Origin: an uncultured virus (IMG/VR IMGVR_UViG_3300025845_000008)
Lineage: Duplodnaviria; Heunggongvirae; Uroviricota; Caudoviricetes
Reading direction: 5' to 3' (one strand)
IMG/VR virus record: IMGVR_UViG_3300025845_000008
Location: 1-64,000 of that record
DNA: 64,000 nt
Every line of letters begins with the position of its first letter. The first letter of the stretch is position 1. The translations under genes and the position numbers were made by a program. The notes under the pieces are model-generated. The model ran no database searches, was not told where the DNA came from, and worked only from the letters and a program-made list of their open reading frames with translations. Positions 19,379-30,634 of the stretch are shown one piece after another.

Positions 19379-22300
19379 ATGAATAATTTTTGTGATTCAC
19401 CTTATTTTCTACTAAAAGATTTTGTACTGGAATTAACAAAGCCTTCAATTACTACAACAAACATTCCGTTGTATGTAAATCTCATACCTGAGATTAGGTT
19501 TAATGATATAATTTATGTCGGAAATGTTGATTATTATAATACCAGTAGACCCGGTGATCCTTTAGCAAAATATCCAAATTTCGATGAAGATGTTGATACT
19601 GCTAACATATTTGAGAATTCTAATCGTATCAATTGGAATGCTTTTATTGGTGTTAATGGTTTTGTTGGATATCACATTGATGACTTGAGTTTACCGGGTG
19701 TTGTGTTTAGAGGTCAAGAAAAATCTCTCATCGTTTCAGGTGGATCTCACATTGATCTTTATGCAAAAACTGATGATAAGTTTGTTGTTGTTAGGCTAAA
19801 GCCTTTACATGAGGAGCCTCTTGAAAAAACATATTTCCGTATGGATAAAGTGGAAATAAAAGTTCTGAATTATAATGGAACCTCTGTTAACTATGATTCT
19901 GAGTATACAGAAGGATATGAACCGATTTTACCTAATGGGTATCCGTCAGATACTGATGGGGATGATAGCTATGATGGGTCAAGATCATATAGATATCAGA
20001 CGTATGATTATACGTATACCACAGAATTTGCTACAAATACAGTATTAGAACCGGGAACAGAATTATATTTTAGAAAAGATAGTTACTTTCATGAATGGTT
20101 GCGTGATGGGGATAAAGCATCAAAATTTTATAAGGATGCATTTGACGAAGATTTTATTGCGAGAAACTATGTAAACACTGATAAAATGTTTATATATTTC
20201 GGCAAGGTCTATAATTCTGATACAGAGAGTGATACAATTCCGAGATATCAAGTTGTTTTTAGTGGGTTAAAGGATTGGATTGCTAGTGCTTTGCCTCCAA
20301 ACAATCGTAAAGAGTTGTTTATAGAGTTTCTTGATACATATTTTGATATGGTATATGGGGAAGGGTATCAACAACTCAAAGATGTTTGGTCACTTCGTGA
20401 TGCCATGGAGTGTAATGAAACCTTTTTGAGTTACGTTCCAACATTTTATGGAATAGAAAGATACGATGATATTCCAACATGGTTTACCGATATATACAGA
20501 GAATATGCTCGTGATGTTGTATGGTTGCTGAAACGTAAAGGAACCTATGCATCGATGTATATCATTAAAGATCTTTTTTGTAGAAATACCGAAAATAAAT
20601 TTGATGTATATGAGAGATGGCATGATAAAGATATTCAGATAGATAGTGAACCGTATTCTGGCGATTATCCCATAACAGTTCAAAGTGATAAATGGTCAGT
20701 AAAATCAACAGAAAACGGGATAACTACCGTTAATAGTACTCAAAGTACTATAACATTTGATATCCCGACAGGTCAAAGCTCTGTTGTTACTCTCGATAGA
20801 AATTTTATTGACAGCAGGGAAAGTTTTAGTCTTAGTACCTCGATGTCTCTTGAGACTGTAATACCTGTCACTGAGTATTCGGTTACAGGAGATCCTCAGA
20901 TTCAACCCCCAACAAATATAAGGTTTAATTGTATATCCGGTATGTTGTTATGGGATGCTAGTACAACAATAGGTGTTACTTATACGATAGAAAAATCTAA
21001 TAATAATTTTAGAGAATTTGAAACTGTTGTTGAGGATATAACGGACACCTCGTGGCTTATAGAGAAGTATGCATATGGCGATACGTATGTTCGTATTTTA
21101 TCAAAAAAAGTTGCTGCGAACACAACAGAAAACAACACTATATCGATGTTACAGGGCAATCCGATATTATATGATTATGATGATGAACGTCTTGGAATAT
21201 ATCTTCATGGCAATGTGGTGTATTCATATCGACCACGATCCCCGGTACCTCAAACAATAAACCCGATAAACAATAATGGTGAGGGTTATATTTATAGTAC
21301 TGATTATACGGCAACAGAAATTGATGTTGAAATAAATGCCGGTAGTGTTAGTGTTTTACCTTCAAATTCATATCAAGTTGGTGAAGTTTTAAGTTTGAGT
21401 GGATCTTCTGGTGGTACAGGGGCTTCTATTATCGTTAATAGTATCAACTCTAATACCGGTGAGATAGTGGGCTATACATTAAATAAAATTGGTTCAAAGG
21501 ATTATACTGCAAATTCACCTTTTTTATTGAATAGTTCAGTTAGCACAGGAAAAGGTGCCGTTTTCAGGATTGACCATGTTTTGACTAGTTTGTCTTATAA
21601 TGGGGTTCCATCACAACAGGGAAGTGATTACGGGTCGGGTGGTAACAATATTAATACTTCCGGTGGTAGTGGTGGTGGTCTTACAGTTAACTATCAAACT
21701 AATCAACATCAGGGTAAAGTACTAAGAGTATCAGCTTTATCTATTTCAAATGTCGTTCCTTATGATTCAGGTAATCATATTGTAAAGGTCTATAGCGATG
21801 CGGCGTTTACTAGTTGGAAAGGACTTAAGGTTTTAGTTAGCATAAGCACCACCAACGTGTGGTCACCTCTTAGTGTAGTTGACTCTGGATCCACCAACAC
21901 GTATTCTAACAATGAGACTGGATATTTAAACGCTAATGAGTTTGGTGGTAGTGGTAGTCTCCTAGTTAAAATAACGACATCAACCGAAACAGACAGTAAT
22001 ACAACGGGAACTGATGGTGTGGTTCTGACTATGAAACTTTTCGAATCGGCTAAGTCTTATGATATACGAGATGTTGATGGTAAGTCTTATGATGACTATC
22101 CAATGCCCGCAGAAGGGTCGAATGTGGTTCCTTGGAGATCTAATGTACCCATTTACTACCCGTATAGTACCGACCTTACCATTGATAATACAAATAATTC
22201 TAATATGAAGATAAATTTTAGGATTGTTAATCAAAGAGCGGAAATACAGTATTTAGTTAATACATCAAATCATAAGGATACTTCCTATGATACCACTCAT

Positions 22301-25300
22301 CCGACAAAATACTTTTTATATCCAGATCATTATATAATTACGGGTGATATTTGGGATAATCCCGTTCCGATTGTACTGGTTACTGATACTGTTTCGACAT
22401 CAACTACGACAACAACTACTAACGAAACCGTTGAGTCGGTTTCGTTAGTAAGTCAACCAAACCAAACACAAGAATTTAATCCCGGTACATATATTGATAC
22501 CGTATCAGGTGGTAGCGGGACTGGTTTGAGAATTTCATATACTATTGGTTCTGGTCCAATTATTAATAATGTAACGGTAATTGATAGTGGTAGCGGATAT
22601 AATGTTAATGACTCAGTATATTCAAGTATATCCGGCGGTCCGAGTCCTGTTTATTTTGGAGTGGATTCACTTGTAAGTCAGGTTACAAGTGTTACAGTTG
22701 CTTCTTATGGAAATATAGATGATTATAGGACTGGTGACACTTTAACTATTGCGGCTGGTAACAATGATGCTACGTTTTCTATAACTAACGTAACCAAAGG
22801 TTCCGTTGATAGCGTTTCAATGACTAATCCCGGTGCAACTTTAAAGTATGATGGTACTGTTACTAACCATACATGGGATTTATATTATCGAAGGGCACTT
22901 GATCCCGCAGTTAGTGATAACGGAGGCACTCCAAATAGTTGGACTCGTGGTCCAAGTGTCACTACTTCTGGGTACATTCTTAGTGGTTCTTATGATATAG
23001 AAGATCGTAAAACATTGTCTATATCCAATCTATCTTCCGGTCAATATGAATATTATATAAGATATGTCGGACAATCCACAGTACCATTAACTGGTGTGTC
23101 TTCGTATATAAACCGTTCAGTTGCCAATGAAGCATTTGTTACTACATTTGGATGGGATAAAATATCCCATCCAGCAGAACAAGCTATTTATAACATAGTA
23201 GACAAAACTATAGATGAGATAGTAAGAACCAATGAATCTATGAGTAATGCCTCGACTGTTAATTTCTCTCTACCAACAAAAAAAGCCAATGCTTATTATT
23301 ATAATAACAATGATGACATTTCTCCCGATAAAAGAGTTGTATTTATATACACCGAAAGTACACTTGCGTTAGTTAAGTATTATAATGAAATTGACAAAAT
23401 GTGGCATGACGGAGCCAGCGGTGGATTTGTCATAGGAGACAGGGACACGAGAGTTAGACATGGTAATTATGTTTATGTGCAAGGATCCACCCTTGGTAAA
23501 AGTATCCACAGATACGATCTTGCCAATGACAGTTGGTTCACTGTAGCAACCAATTTGGATATGTATCAAAATTCTACACTTGTTGTTTATAATATGAATG
23601 GTGAGGATTATTTGTATTATTTGAGTAATATTTTTGATAGTAGGATTAATTATATACCGTTAGAGGGAAGTATTGTAGAATACAGTATAGACATGAATAT
23701 GGACTTGTCATATAAAGACTGTAATGTAATGTTTGCAAAGAACAATAGAATGATTATAACTGGTGGCAATAGTTCGCCTATTCTTAATGTTCCATCTAAC
23801 ATTTATAAAATTAATATAAACCCAAGCGATGATAATGTAGGCGAAACACAAATTGTTGGTGAGGATGATTTGCCTAACGCTTTGATTCCAAGAACTTATT
23901 TTACATGGAGTAGAGGTGTAGATGAAACTCTTTCCGTCAAGGCTATTGGAGGAACGTTTGATCCTACAGGTAATAGTCTTGGATACAATCCTTATATTAT
24001 ATCTTTTGATGCTGACGCAGGAACAGGGACATTTCAATCATCAGGTGTTGAATTTAATACCTGTCCTGTATGGACAAGTACATCAACCTCTTCTATTTTA
24101 GGGTTTTTTATCAGCGCAACTAACTATAAAGGGGTTCCTGTAGACATTATCAAGGCGACTTTGGAGGTTTCCACCCCAACTATTTCGAATACAGGTGGTG
24201 GTATATGGAATGTTGAATTTACTTCTGACGCTACTATTGATGGTGCGCCTAGAACTTTTCGACAAGAAATTCAGTATAACCCACAATCAAGTCCAATAGA
24301 AACCATAACACCATCTGTTATATATGATTCTCTTAGAAGTAATATTAAAATAAGTTTTAATGGTGATGATACTCCTGATATAGATACTTTTGTTAGAGGT
24401 GATATAGGAAATAAATGGAGTTTGAGATATTCAGCAAACAACCCATCATTTGGTAGGATATTATTTAAAGTTAATGGTTTACATGTGGATTATGGATATT
24501 TCGGGGATTATACGATATTAAATAGTATAAATGATTTTGTTGATTATGAGTACACCGGTTTTTATAATCACAACGCTCCTGTGAGATACTATCCTCGCAA
24601 TGCGGTCGAAGAATATCCGAATGAAAGGTTTAATGTTTATAACAATGGTGCCGTATTTTCCGTAAAACTGGATGATCCTAATAATAGAATATATTTCAAA
24701 TTAAAGACATTTGATACTAATATAGGATCGTCTGTAGATGTTGTGTTTGAGTATGAAGTGTATCAGTCAAGTTTTGGTTCTGTGAGGAGTGTGTCACTTA
24801 CAGGTGATGATTTAGACATTGTAAATGGTCGTATTATAGAAACATTTGACTTTGATAACGCTGAGGAGAGAACTTGGTCTTCGAATGGTGGTCTTATGAG
24901 AATTACCGTTTATGGTGACGGGGAATCAGAGGCAGAATATTATCACGGATTTACTGATCTTACCGAAAAAGTTCTTGTTCGGGTGAAAGTTATAAGTGTG
25001 GAAAGTGTTGGAACTGGTGATGTCAGAATGTCTATTGGTGATAGATGGTCTGTTGACGATGATAATGTTGTTTTGAAAAATACTGATATTCAAGATGAAT
25101 ATTTTTTCTCTACAAATATATTAAGTGATTTCACAAAGGACTATACAGTTGAAAGTATTATAGCTGATTTAGGATATCCTGATTGGGTTACCGGTTATCC
25201 TGATGGTTATATAAGCTCAACCAATGAAAGACTTTCTACGATGTATAGGGCAAGGTTGGGATTAAACCATCAACCACTGTCGGCATTAAAAATCATGCCA

Positions 25301-26989
25301 AAACAGATCGCTGATAATTTATATAGAAATTGGGAAATGACACGACCAGTTAATAGACAAGCTATATATGAATTTTTCTATGAACCGTCAACTGATTTGT
25401 TGAGTAAATATTATTCTATTTACACCGGTGAATATGCGGGTCAATCATTATCAAAAGTTATCGATAACGTAAAGTTTGATGATGATAATTATATCCATAT
25501 ACAAGGTGATGTATCATCTTCGTGGAGGGTTAAACATAACCTTGACAGTGAGGTTATAGTACATGCTATGGATGAGAATCAGATCGAAATTGTCCCTGAG
25601 TCTATAGTATGGGTTTCTTCTAATGTAATTAATATCAATTTCTCTGAAAGTATTCAGGGTATTGCGGTTGTAACAAAAGCTAAAAGTTGTGCTTATTTAA
25701 ACTCAACTTATAGAATGTTTCATGGATTTGGTCGAAATGAAGTTTTTGTTCAGATAAGAAACAACACGACTAATGAAATAGATACTCCTTCAACCATAAA
25801 CACTGTTACCAAGAATTTTGTGTATATACCTGAGATGGATGAGGGTGAAAGTTATGCATATCTTAGTAGGAAGGGTTTTGCTCAAACAACGGTTGATTTT
25901 GTCGACACAAAACCTTCGAGTACCTTCGTTGGAATTGTTCCTGGTGTTTATTCGGTGACCGTAAATGGATCTAGCGGAACTGGAATGCAGATAGATATTA
26001 CATATTCCGGTGGAAAGATAGTATCAACGGTTATTGTAAATGAAGGAATTGGTTGGGTTGAGGGCGAAGAGGTTGTGGTTAATTATGACGACCTTGTTGG
26101 TTCTGGTGCAACATCAGGGAGCGTGACATATAAGGTTACTCTCGTGAACACTCATGAAGGTTTACCTGTTGATGCATCTATATGGACGTTCCCTTATGGA
26201 TGCAGGGAGGGCGGTTCTTGTTCCATTGGTGATCATGGAACTAGAGGCGAATGTGAGAGTTCAGGTGGTGTGTGGACATCAAACGGCGAATGGTATTGGG
26301 ATATATACCATGGATACAGTGAAAACCTTTTCATGGTCGATTGTTATGACTCTTCTAATGAAAAGATAGTACCATTAAATGTAGATATGAGTCCGTTGGA
26401 TGAGAACACTAATCCTTATATAATTGTAACATTTAGTGAGGATATATCGGGTTTTGCTGCCATATGGCATGTTGGTAATCTTAATTCGTTTGCAGGTTTG
26501 ATACCAAGATCCCCTGACGGGTCACTTTTACCTTTGGAGTGGAGAATTACTATCAGCGATGGTAGTAAAATTATATCATCATTTAAAGAAAATTCTGAAT
26601 ACGAAAGCAGATATAGATATAGTAAGATTCCTGTTGAATTTTGGGATGGTGATTTGAATAATAAAAACTTTGTGTATGGTGACACTGATTTTCAGGAAGA
26701 GGATGAATTTTGGTATTATTACACATTTACAGTAACAGATGAAGCTCTATCTCTTTTAAATGTCAGTGAATATGATATCCTTGACATAGAACTTATAAAT
26801 ACTGATATACCTCGTATTGATAAACAACAAGTTGCTGTCAGTAGGGTTAGCGGTATATATAAACCTTCTGGGGTTAACTTTGTATGTAGATTTAAAGTAT
26901 GGAGAAACCCTTATGGGTTTGATTCAGCATTACAAGACCATTTGGATATCAATCTTCTTGATAACAATGAAGGATTCTTGTATATATAA
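19379..26989 (+). CDS. giant baseplate wedge protein, gp7-like, multidomain
   Basis: follows gp6; FIEFLDTYF...LLKRKGT core; FN3-like (PPTNIRF..LLWDAS), Kelch-like and Gly-rich segments. Confidence 0.65.
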   Translation: MNNFCDSPYFLLKDFVLELTKPSITTTNIPLYVNLIPEIRFNDIIYVGNVDYYNTSRPGDPLAKYPNFDEDVDTANIFENSNRINWNAFIGVNGFVGYHIDDLSLPGVVFRGQEKSLIVSGGSHIDLYAKTDDKFVVVRLKPLHEEPLEKTYFRMDKVEIKVLNYNGTSVNYDSEYTEGYEPILPNGYPSDTDGDDSYDGSRSYRYQTYDYTYTTEFATNTVLEPGTELYFRKDSYFHEWLRDGDKASKFYKDAFDEDFIARNYVNTDKMFIYFGKVYNSDTESDTIPRYQVVFSGLKDWIASALPPNNRKELFIEFLDTYFDMVYGEGYQQLKDVWSLRDAMECNETFLSYVPTFYGIERYDDIPTWFTDIYREYARDVVWLLKRKGTYASMYIIKDLFCRNTENKFDVYERWHDKDIQIDSEPYSGDYPITVQSDKWSVKSTENGITTVNSTQSTITFDIPTGQSSVVTLDRNFIDSRESFSLSTSMSLETVIPVTEYSVTGDPQIQPPTNIRFNCISGMLLWDASTTIGVTYTIEKSNNNFREFETVVEDITDTSWLIEKYAYGDTYVRILSKKVAANTTENNTISMLQGNPILYDYDDERLGIYLHGNVVYSYRPRSPVPQTINPINNNGEGYIYSTDYTATEIDVEINAGSVSVLPSNSYQVGEVLSLSGSSGGTGASIIVNSINSNTGEIVGYTLNKIGSKDYTANSPFLLNSSVSTGKGAVFRIDHVLTSLSYNGVPSQQGSDYGSGGNNINTSGGSGGGLTVNYQTNQHQGKVLRVSALSISNVVPYDSGNHIVKVYSDAAFTSWKGLKVLVSISTTNVWSPLSVVDSGSTNTYSNNETGYLNANEFGGSGSLLVKITTSTETDSNTTGTDGVVLTMKLFESAKSYDIRDVDGKSYDDYPMPAEGSNVVPWRSNVPIYYPYSTDLTIDNTNNSNMKINFRIVNQRAEIQYLVNTSNHKDTSYDTTHPTKYFLYPDHYIITGDIWDNPVPIVLVTDTVSTSTTTTTTNETVESVSLVSQPNQTQEFNPGTYIDTVSGGSGTGLRISYTIGSGPIINNVTVIDSGSGYNVNDSVYSSISGGPSPVYFGVDSLVSQVTSVTVASYGNIDDYRTGDTLTIAAGNNDATFSITNVTKGSVDSVSMTNPGATLKYDGTVTNHTWDLYYRRALDPAVSDNGGTPNSWTRGPSVTTSGYILSGSYDIEDRKTLSISNLSSGQYEYYIRYVGQSTVPLTGVSSYINRSVANEAFVTTFGWDKISHPAEQAIYNIVDKTIDEIVRTNESMSNASTVNFSLPTKKANAYYYNNNDDISPDKRVVFIYTESTLALVKYYNEIDKMWHDGASGGFVIGDRDTRVRHGNYVYVQGSTLGKSIHRYDLANDSWFTVATNLDMYQNSTLVVYNMNGEDYLYYLSNIFDSRINYIPLEGSIVEYSIDMNMDLSYKDCNVMFAKNNRMIITGGNSSPILNVPSNIYKININPSDDNVGETQIVGEDDLPNALIPRTYFTWSRGVDETLSVKAIGGTFDPTGNSLGYNPYIISFDADAGTGTFQSSGVEFNTCPVWTSTSTSSILGFFISATNYKGVPVDIIKATLEVSTPTISNTGGGIWNVEFTSDATIDGAPRTFRQEIQYNPQSSPIETITPSVIYDSLRSNIKISFNGDDTPDIDTFVRGDIGNKWSLRYSANNPSFGRILFKVNGLHVDYGYFGDYTILNSINDFVDYEYTGFYNHNAPVRYYPRNAVEEYPNERFNVYNNGAVFSVKLDDPNNRIYFKLKTFDTNIGSSVDVVFEYEVYQSSFGSVRSVSLTGDDLDIVNGRIIETFDFDNAEERTWSSNGGLMRITVYGDGESEAEYYHGFTDLTEKVLVRVKVISVESVGTGDVRMSIGDRWSVDDDNVVLKNTDIQDEYFFSTNILSDFTKDYTVESIIADLGYPDWVTGYPDGYISSTNERLSTMYRARLGLNHQPLSALKIMPKQIADNLYRNWEMTRPVNRQAIYEFFYEPSTDLLSKYYSIYTGEYAGQSLSKVIDNVKFDDDNYIHIQGDVSSSWRVKHNLDSEVIVHAMDENQIEIVPESIVWVSSNVININFSESIQGIAVVTKAKSCAYLNSTYRMFHGFGRNEVFVQIRNNTTNEIDTPSTINTVTKNFVYIPEMDEGESYAYLSRKGFAQTTVDFVDTKPSSTFVGIVPGVYSVTVNGSSGTGMQIDITYSGGKIVSTVIVNEGIGWVEGEEVVVNYDDLVGSGATSGSVTYKVTLVNTHEGLPVDASIWTFPYGCREGGSCSIGDHGTRGECESSGGVWTSNGEWYWDIYHGYSENLFMVDCYDSSNEKIVPLNVDMSPLDENTNPYIIVTFSEDISGFAAIWHVGNLNSFAGLIPRSPDGSLLPLEWRITISDGSKIISSFKENSEYESRYRYSKIPVEFWDGDLNNKNFVYGDTDFQEEDEFWYYYTFTVTDEALSLLNVSEYDILDIELINTDIPRIDKQQVAVSRVSGIYKPSGVNFVCRFKVWRNPYGFDSALQDHLDINLLDNNEGFLYI

Positions 26990-27000
26990 CGGAGGAAAGA

Positions 27001-28977
27001 ATGCCCAAATTTTATACATTTAATGCGCCAGAAATAGGTTCTATTACAGGTGCAGAAATATTCACGATATATCAGGAGTATGATACTAAATCCGTCACAT
27101 TGCAGCAGGTGTGGAATGAAATGCCATCACAGCCAATGTCTCTGTATAACTTAGATGATACTGAGTATTCACTCAAAACATGGAAAGATGTTACAGATCA
27201 GAGTACATATTGGCCTGTTATAACTGATGGTGTATGGAACGGGACTTATTATGAGCCTAGAGATCTTGGTGACGGTGGATGGTCGGACCTGTATATAAGA
27301 ACGGGTGATTCTACTTGGGTTAAAGGTTTCAGACCAACACATGTAAGAATTACCCTTGGTGTGGATCCCGGCGATATTTATTTTCGTGTATATAATCCAA
27401 ACCTTGATTATATTGTTGATGTTGATCCTTCTTTTGATAATATATTAGAGTCAGGTAAATCTTATAAAATAGGTTATCTGAATGGAATGGATATAGAAAG
27501 AATACGTATAGTGTCAGATACTGATAAATATTTTACCGTCGAGAAGATTGAATTTTTATATGGTAATACCGGAGAAGAAATAGAACATTTAAGTTGTCTT
27601 GTATATGATTATGATTCACAGAAATGGATTAATAATAACAATGTTTTTGAATTTCATCACGTAGAGGCAACACAGTTAACAGGAAGTCCAAAAATAACAT
27701 GGAGAGATATATGGGAAGAAGGTGATGATGGTCCTGATGTTAATTTTCTCGAAATGTATCGTCCAAGGAATGAATTAAGCTATGATAGCGAGGATACGTG
27801 TATAGAAATTGGACCTCAGGGACCATACATATTTCGTAATTTCGAATACGAAACTGGTTTTACCATAGAGCAGCATAGATCATATGAGAATCTTCTTGTA
27901 TTACGCCATGTATATCCTAATACATACAGTCAAGGTGATTTTATTGTATGTAACAAGGCGATAAACGAATTTGCCAATGTGAGAGTTTTTAATATTGACC
28001 GAGATGGTATAGTCTATGCTAATGGTTATAATTATAGTGGCGGGGTCACGACAAATTTAGGAACCATAAGTGGCTCATGGAATATTGACATGTCAGGTTT
28101 TAATGAGAGATGGTTTAAGGCAATAACAGGATCATCAATGACATTTACTATTACCAATCCTCCGGATGATGCGATGTCTTTGATATTTGATTTAAAAACC
28201 ACTGCGGATATAACAGTGACTTTTATAGATTCTCAACCGTCAGAGTTCATGTTGAGTTCGGATCTAATATATCGTTTTACTGTAACAATGTACGATGATG
28301 GGTCATGGCCTTCTTATTGGGTTCGGTGTGATGAACTTGGCAGTGATAATAATGGAGGTGTTACTAGAGATGTTTCTAATATTATTGCTACCGGTGATGA
28401 ACAGGGTGTATTTGTACAACCAGCCATGAGTTCGAGTATATCGGATGTTGACGTGTGGGTCAATGGAATCAAATTGGTTCGATCATTGGAACATACCTCG
28501 GATGGAACTTTTATCAATATACTTAACCCTGCGATTTTGGCTGGAGATGATGTTGAAATTATAGTTTGGAATGGAACTCCAATAAGTGGAAGGTGGGAAC
28601 CATACTTTGATAACACGTTCTGGGTACCTTCATGGGATTCTTCAGCGTCATGGTCAGTTGCACAGTCAGCTTGGGAGTTTGGTCTCGTAACGTATGTCAA
28701 TGGATACGGAATAATCCTCAACGCAATCGGTTCATGGTCAACTGAGTTGAGACCTACTGCCATGAGATTTAGTGTAAGTCAGGATATTGATAATTTTATT
28801 TTAAAGGATAAGTGGGGTGTTGATATCGTAAACGTTATCGGTCCCTTTAGTGCAAATACGTTACATGAAATACCTATAACAGGTCAAACAGCAGCCATTG
28901 ATCAGATAGTGTTTGAACAAGCTGCCGCTATATGGCCAAGTTATTTTACATCGTTTGAGTTATATGTATCCTATTGA
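27001..28977 (+). CDS. virion structural/fibre-associated protein
   Basis: 658 aa, GGAGG RBS, internal duplicated W-rich domain (..W...[FL]RPT..R), VDVWVNGIKL module. Confidence 0.6.
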   Translation: MPKFYTFNAPEIGSITGAEIFTIYQEYDTKSVTLQQVWNEMPSQPMSLYNLDDTEYSLKTWKDVTDQSTYWPVITDGVWNGTYYEPRDLGDGGWSDLYIRTGDSTWVKGFRPTHVRITLGVDPGDIYFRVYNPNLDYIVDVDPSFDNILESGKSYKIGYLNGMDIERIRIVSDTDKYFTVEKIEFLYGNTGEEIEHLSCLVYDYDSQKWINNNNVFEFHHVEATQLTGSPKITWRDIWEEGDDGPDVNFLEMYRPRNELSYDSEDTCIEIGPQGPYIFRNFEYETGFTIEQHRSYENLLVLRHVYPNTYSQGDFIVCNKAINEFANVRVFNIDRDGIVYANGYNYSGGVTTNLGTISGSWNIDMSGFNERWFKAITGSSMTFTITNPPDDAMSLIFDLKTTADITVTFIDSQPSEFMLSSDLIYRFTVTMYDDGSWPSYWVRCDELGSDNNGGVTRDVSNIIATGDEQGVFVQPAMSSSISDVDVWVNGIKLVRSLEHTSDGTFINILNPAILAGDDVEIIVWNGTPISGRWEPYFDNTFWVPSWDSSASWSVAQSAWEFGLVTYVNGYGIILNAIGSWSTELRPTAMRFSVSQDIDNFILKDKWGVDIVNVIGPFSANTLHEIPITGQTAAIDQIVFEQAAAIWPSYFTSFELYVSY

Positions 28978-29572
28978 TGTTCATATACTAACGCTTCCCG
29001 GTGAAGACAAAAGATTGTTTGATATTTGTCTGGACTCATTAAAAAACGAGCCAGTAAATATTCACATATGTGAAGGTATTGTTGGTTGTACTGGAACAGC
29101 AAGAGCAAATGCGTTTTTAAAGGGAACAGCAAAATATGTGTCGTTTGTTGATCCCGATGACTACATTGAACCGGGTATATTTGATAAATGTCTTGAAGTA
29201 TTAGAATCAAAAAACTGTAATGTATACACAACTGAAAATTATGTTGATGATGGCGGTAACTTTTTAATGGTTGGACCACAATCAACACATCCTTGGTCTT
29301 ATACATCGATGAGACGAATGTATGTGTTGGTTCACCATCTTGTAGTGTATCAAAGGGTGGTAGTTGAAAAACATCTTCATTGGATTAGAGGTGTATCTTC
29401 ATTATCGGAATATATGTTAAACCTTCTATGTTCTTTGGATGTACCATTTGAGCATATTAACGAAGTTGGTTATTATTGGAGACAATTAAATAAGGATCGC
29501 TCATTAAGAAACCTGAGTAATTCACATGAAAATATTTCTCGTATCTGTAAATACATAAAGGAACAGAGATAG
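28964..29572 (+). CDS. glycosyltransferase family 2-like
   Basis: CLDSL, GTARANAF, YVSFVDPDD (DxD), GYYWRQ. Confidence 0.8.
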   Translation: MYPIDVHILTLPGEDKRLFDICLDSLKNEPVNIHICEGIVGCTGTARANAFLKGTAKYVSFVDPDDYIEPGIFDKCLEVLESKNCNVYTTENYVDDGGNFLMVGPQSTHPWSYTSMRRMYVLVHHLVVYQRVVVEKHLHWIRGVSSLSEYMLNLLCSLDVPFEHINEVGYYWRQLNKDRSLRNLSNSHENISRICKYIKEQR

Positions 29573-29606
29573 AGTGTTATATAAACCAAAAACAATGGAG
29601 TAACAA

Positions 29607-30595
29607 ATGGCCGAGAGAAAACCAGCAAAAAAATATAGATAAATTGAGATTAGAAGCGGGTGAAGAACAAATTTTGACATCAGATTTTACCCAATTTGAA
29701 CCTTTAACATCATACAAGCTTGGGTCATCAACTTTTGCTGTTGATATGACGAGTAGTGACTGGCCTTTACTTGGCAAAGGTATTGTTAACACAAGTAAGG
29801 CATCTGATATTTATGGAACTCAGCAATATCAACCAAAAGCTACAAATTATATATACACGAGACGATGGGATGAAACACCGCCTTCCCCGAGTGATGATTT
29901 TAATAGTGTTTCTCTTGATACTGATGTGTGGAATCTTGTGAGTGGTAATATAAGTCTTGTTACCTACCCCGGTAATTTGGCGTTTGAATGGAATGCTAAT
30001 GTGTCTTCGAAATGGAGTATATCCAGTGCATTGTCATGGGGGGGTTGATATAGGAGTAGATTTCCCATCACCTTTAACAGGAGGTAATTCGATTGCCCTT
30101 ATATTTCAATTTTCGGGGGGTTCTATTGCGGGATTTCAGTTCGGAGCGTCTGGTGGTCTTGGAACCATATATGGTGGTGTCTCATGGGCATATCACGGCA
30201 TCGATTTTGGTCCACAGACACTATCCATAAGAAGGGCTGAAAACACTATATCATTGTATAAAAATGATGTTCTTTTAAGACAGGGTGTTAGTGGGTTTCA
30301 TGGTCAAGATGTGGTAAAATTTTATATATCTGTTAGTGGGTTTGCTCCAACCAAAATTGACCATGTAACAGTTGTTGATGGTTTGGTTACCGGGCTTATC
30401 GGGACGGCTCATTGGTCGCCGTGGTTTGAACAGCTTGATGCACAATCCCAATCGGATGCAAACCAAAGTCAGATAGATGTTGCTCTACTTACACACGAAA
30501 CAAATAAACATGCTACCGGTGTGACCGGATCATTTACCACTACTGACGGAAAAACTGTAACAATTACCGACGGAATGGTAACCAGTATAGTTTAA
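29607..30595 (+). pseudogene. virion protein gene interrupted by two +1 homopolymer frameshifts (or sequencing errors)
   Basis: ATG 29607 with GGAG RBS; A7 run (29627-29633) and G7 run (30038-30044) join ORFs 29644-30048 and 29957-30595; C-term GSFTTTDGKTVTITDGMVTSI is fibre-like. Confidence 0.6.
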
Positions 30596-30634
30596 ATGAT
30601 AAATAGATATAGACTAAAAACAATGGAGTAACAA

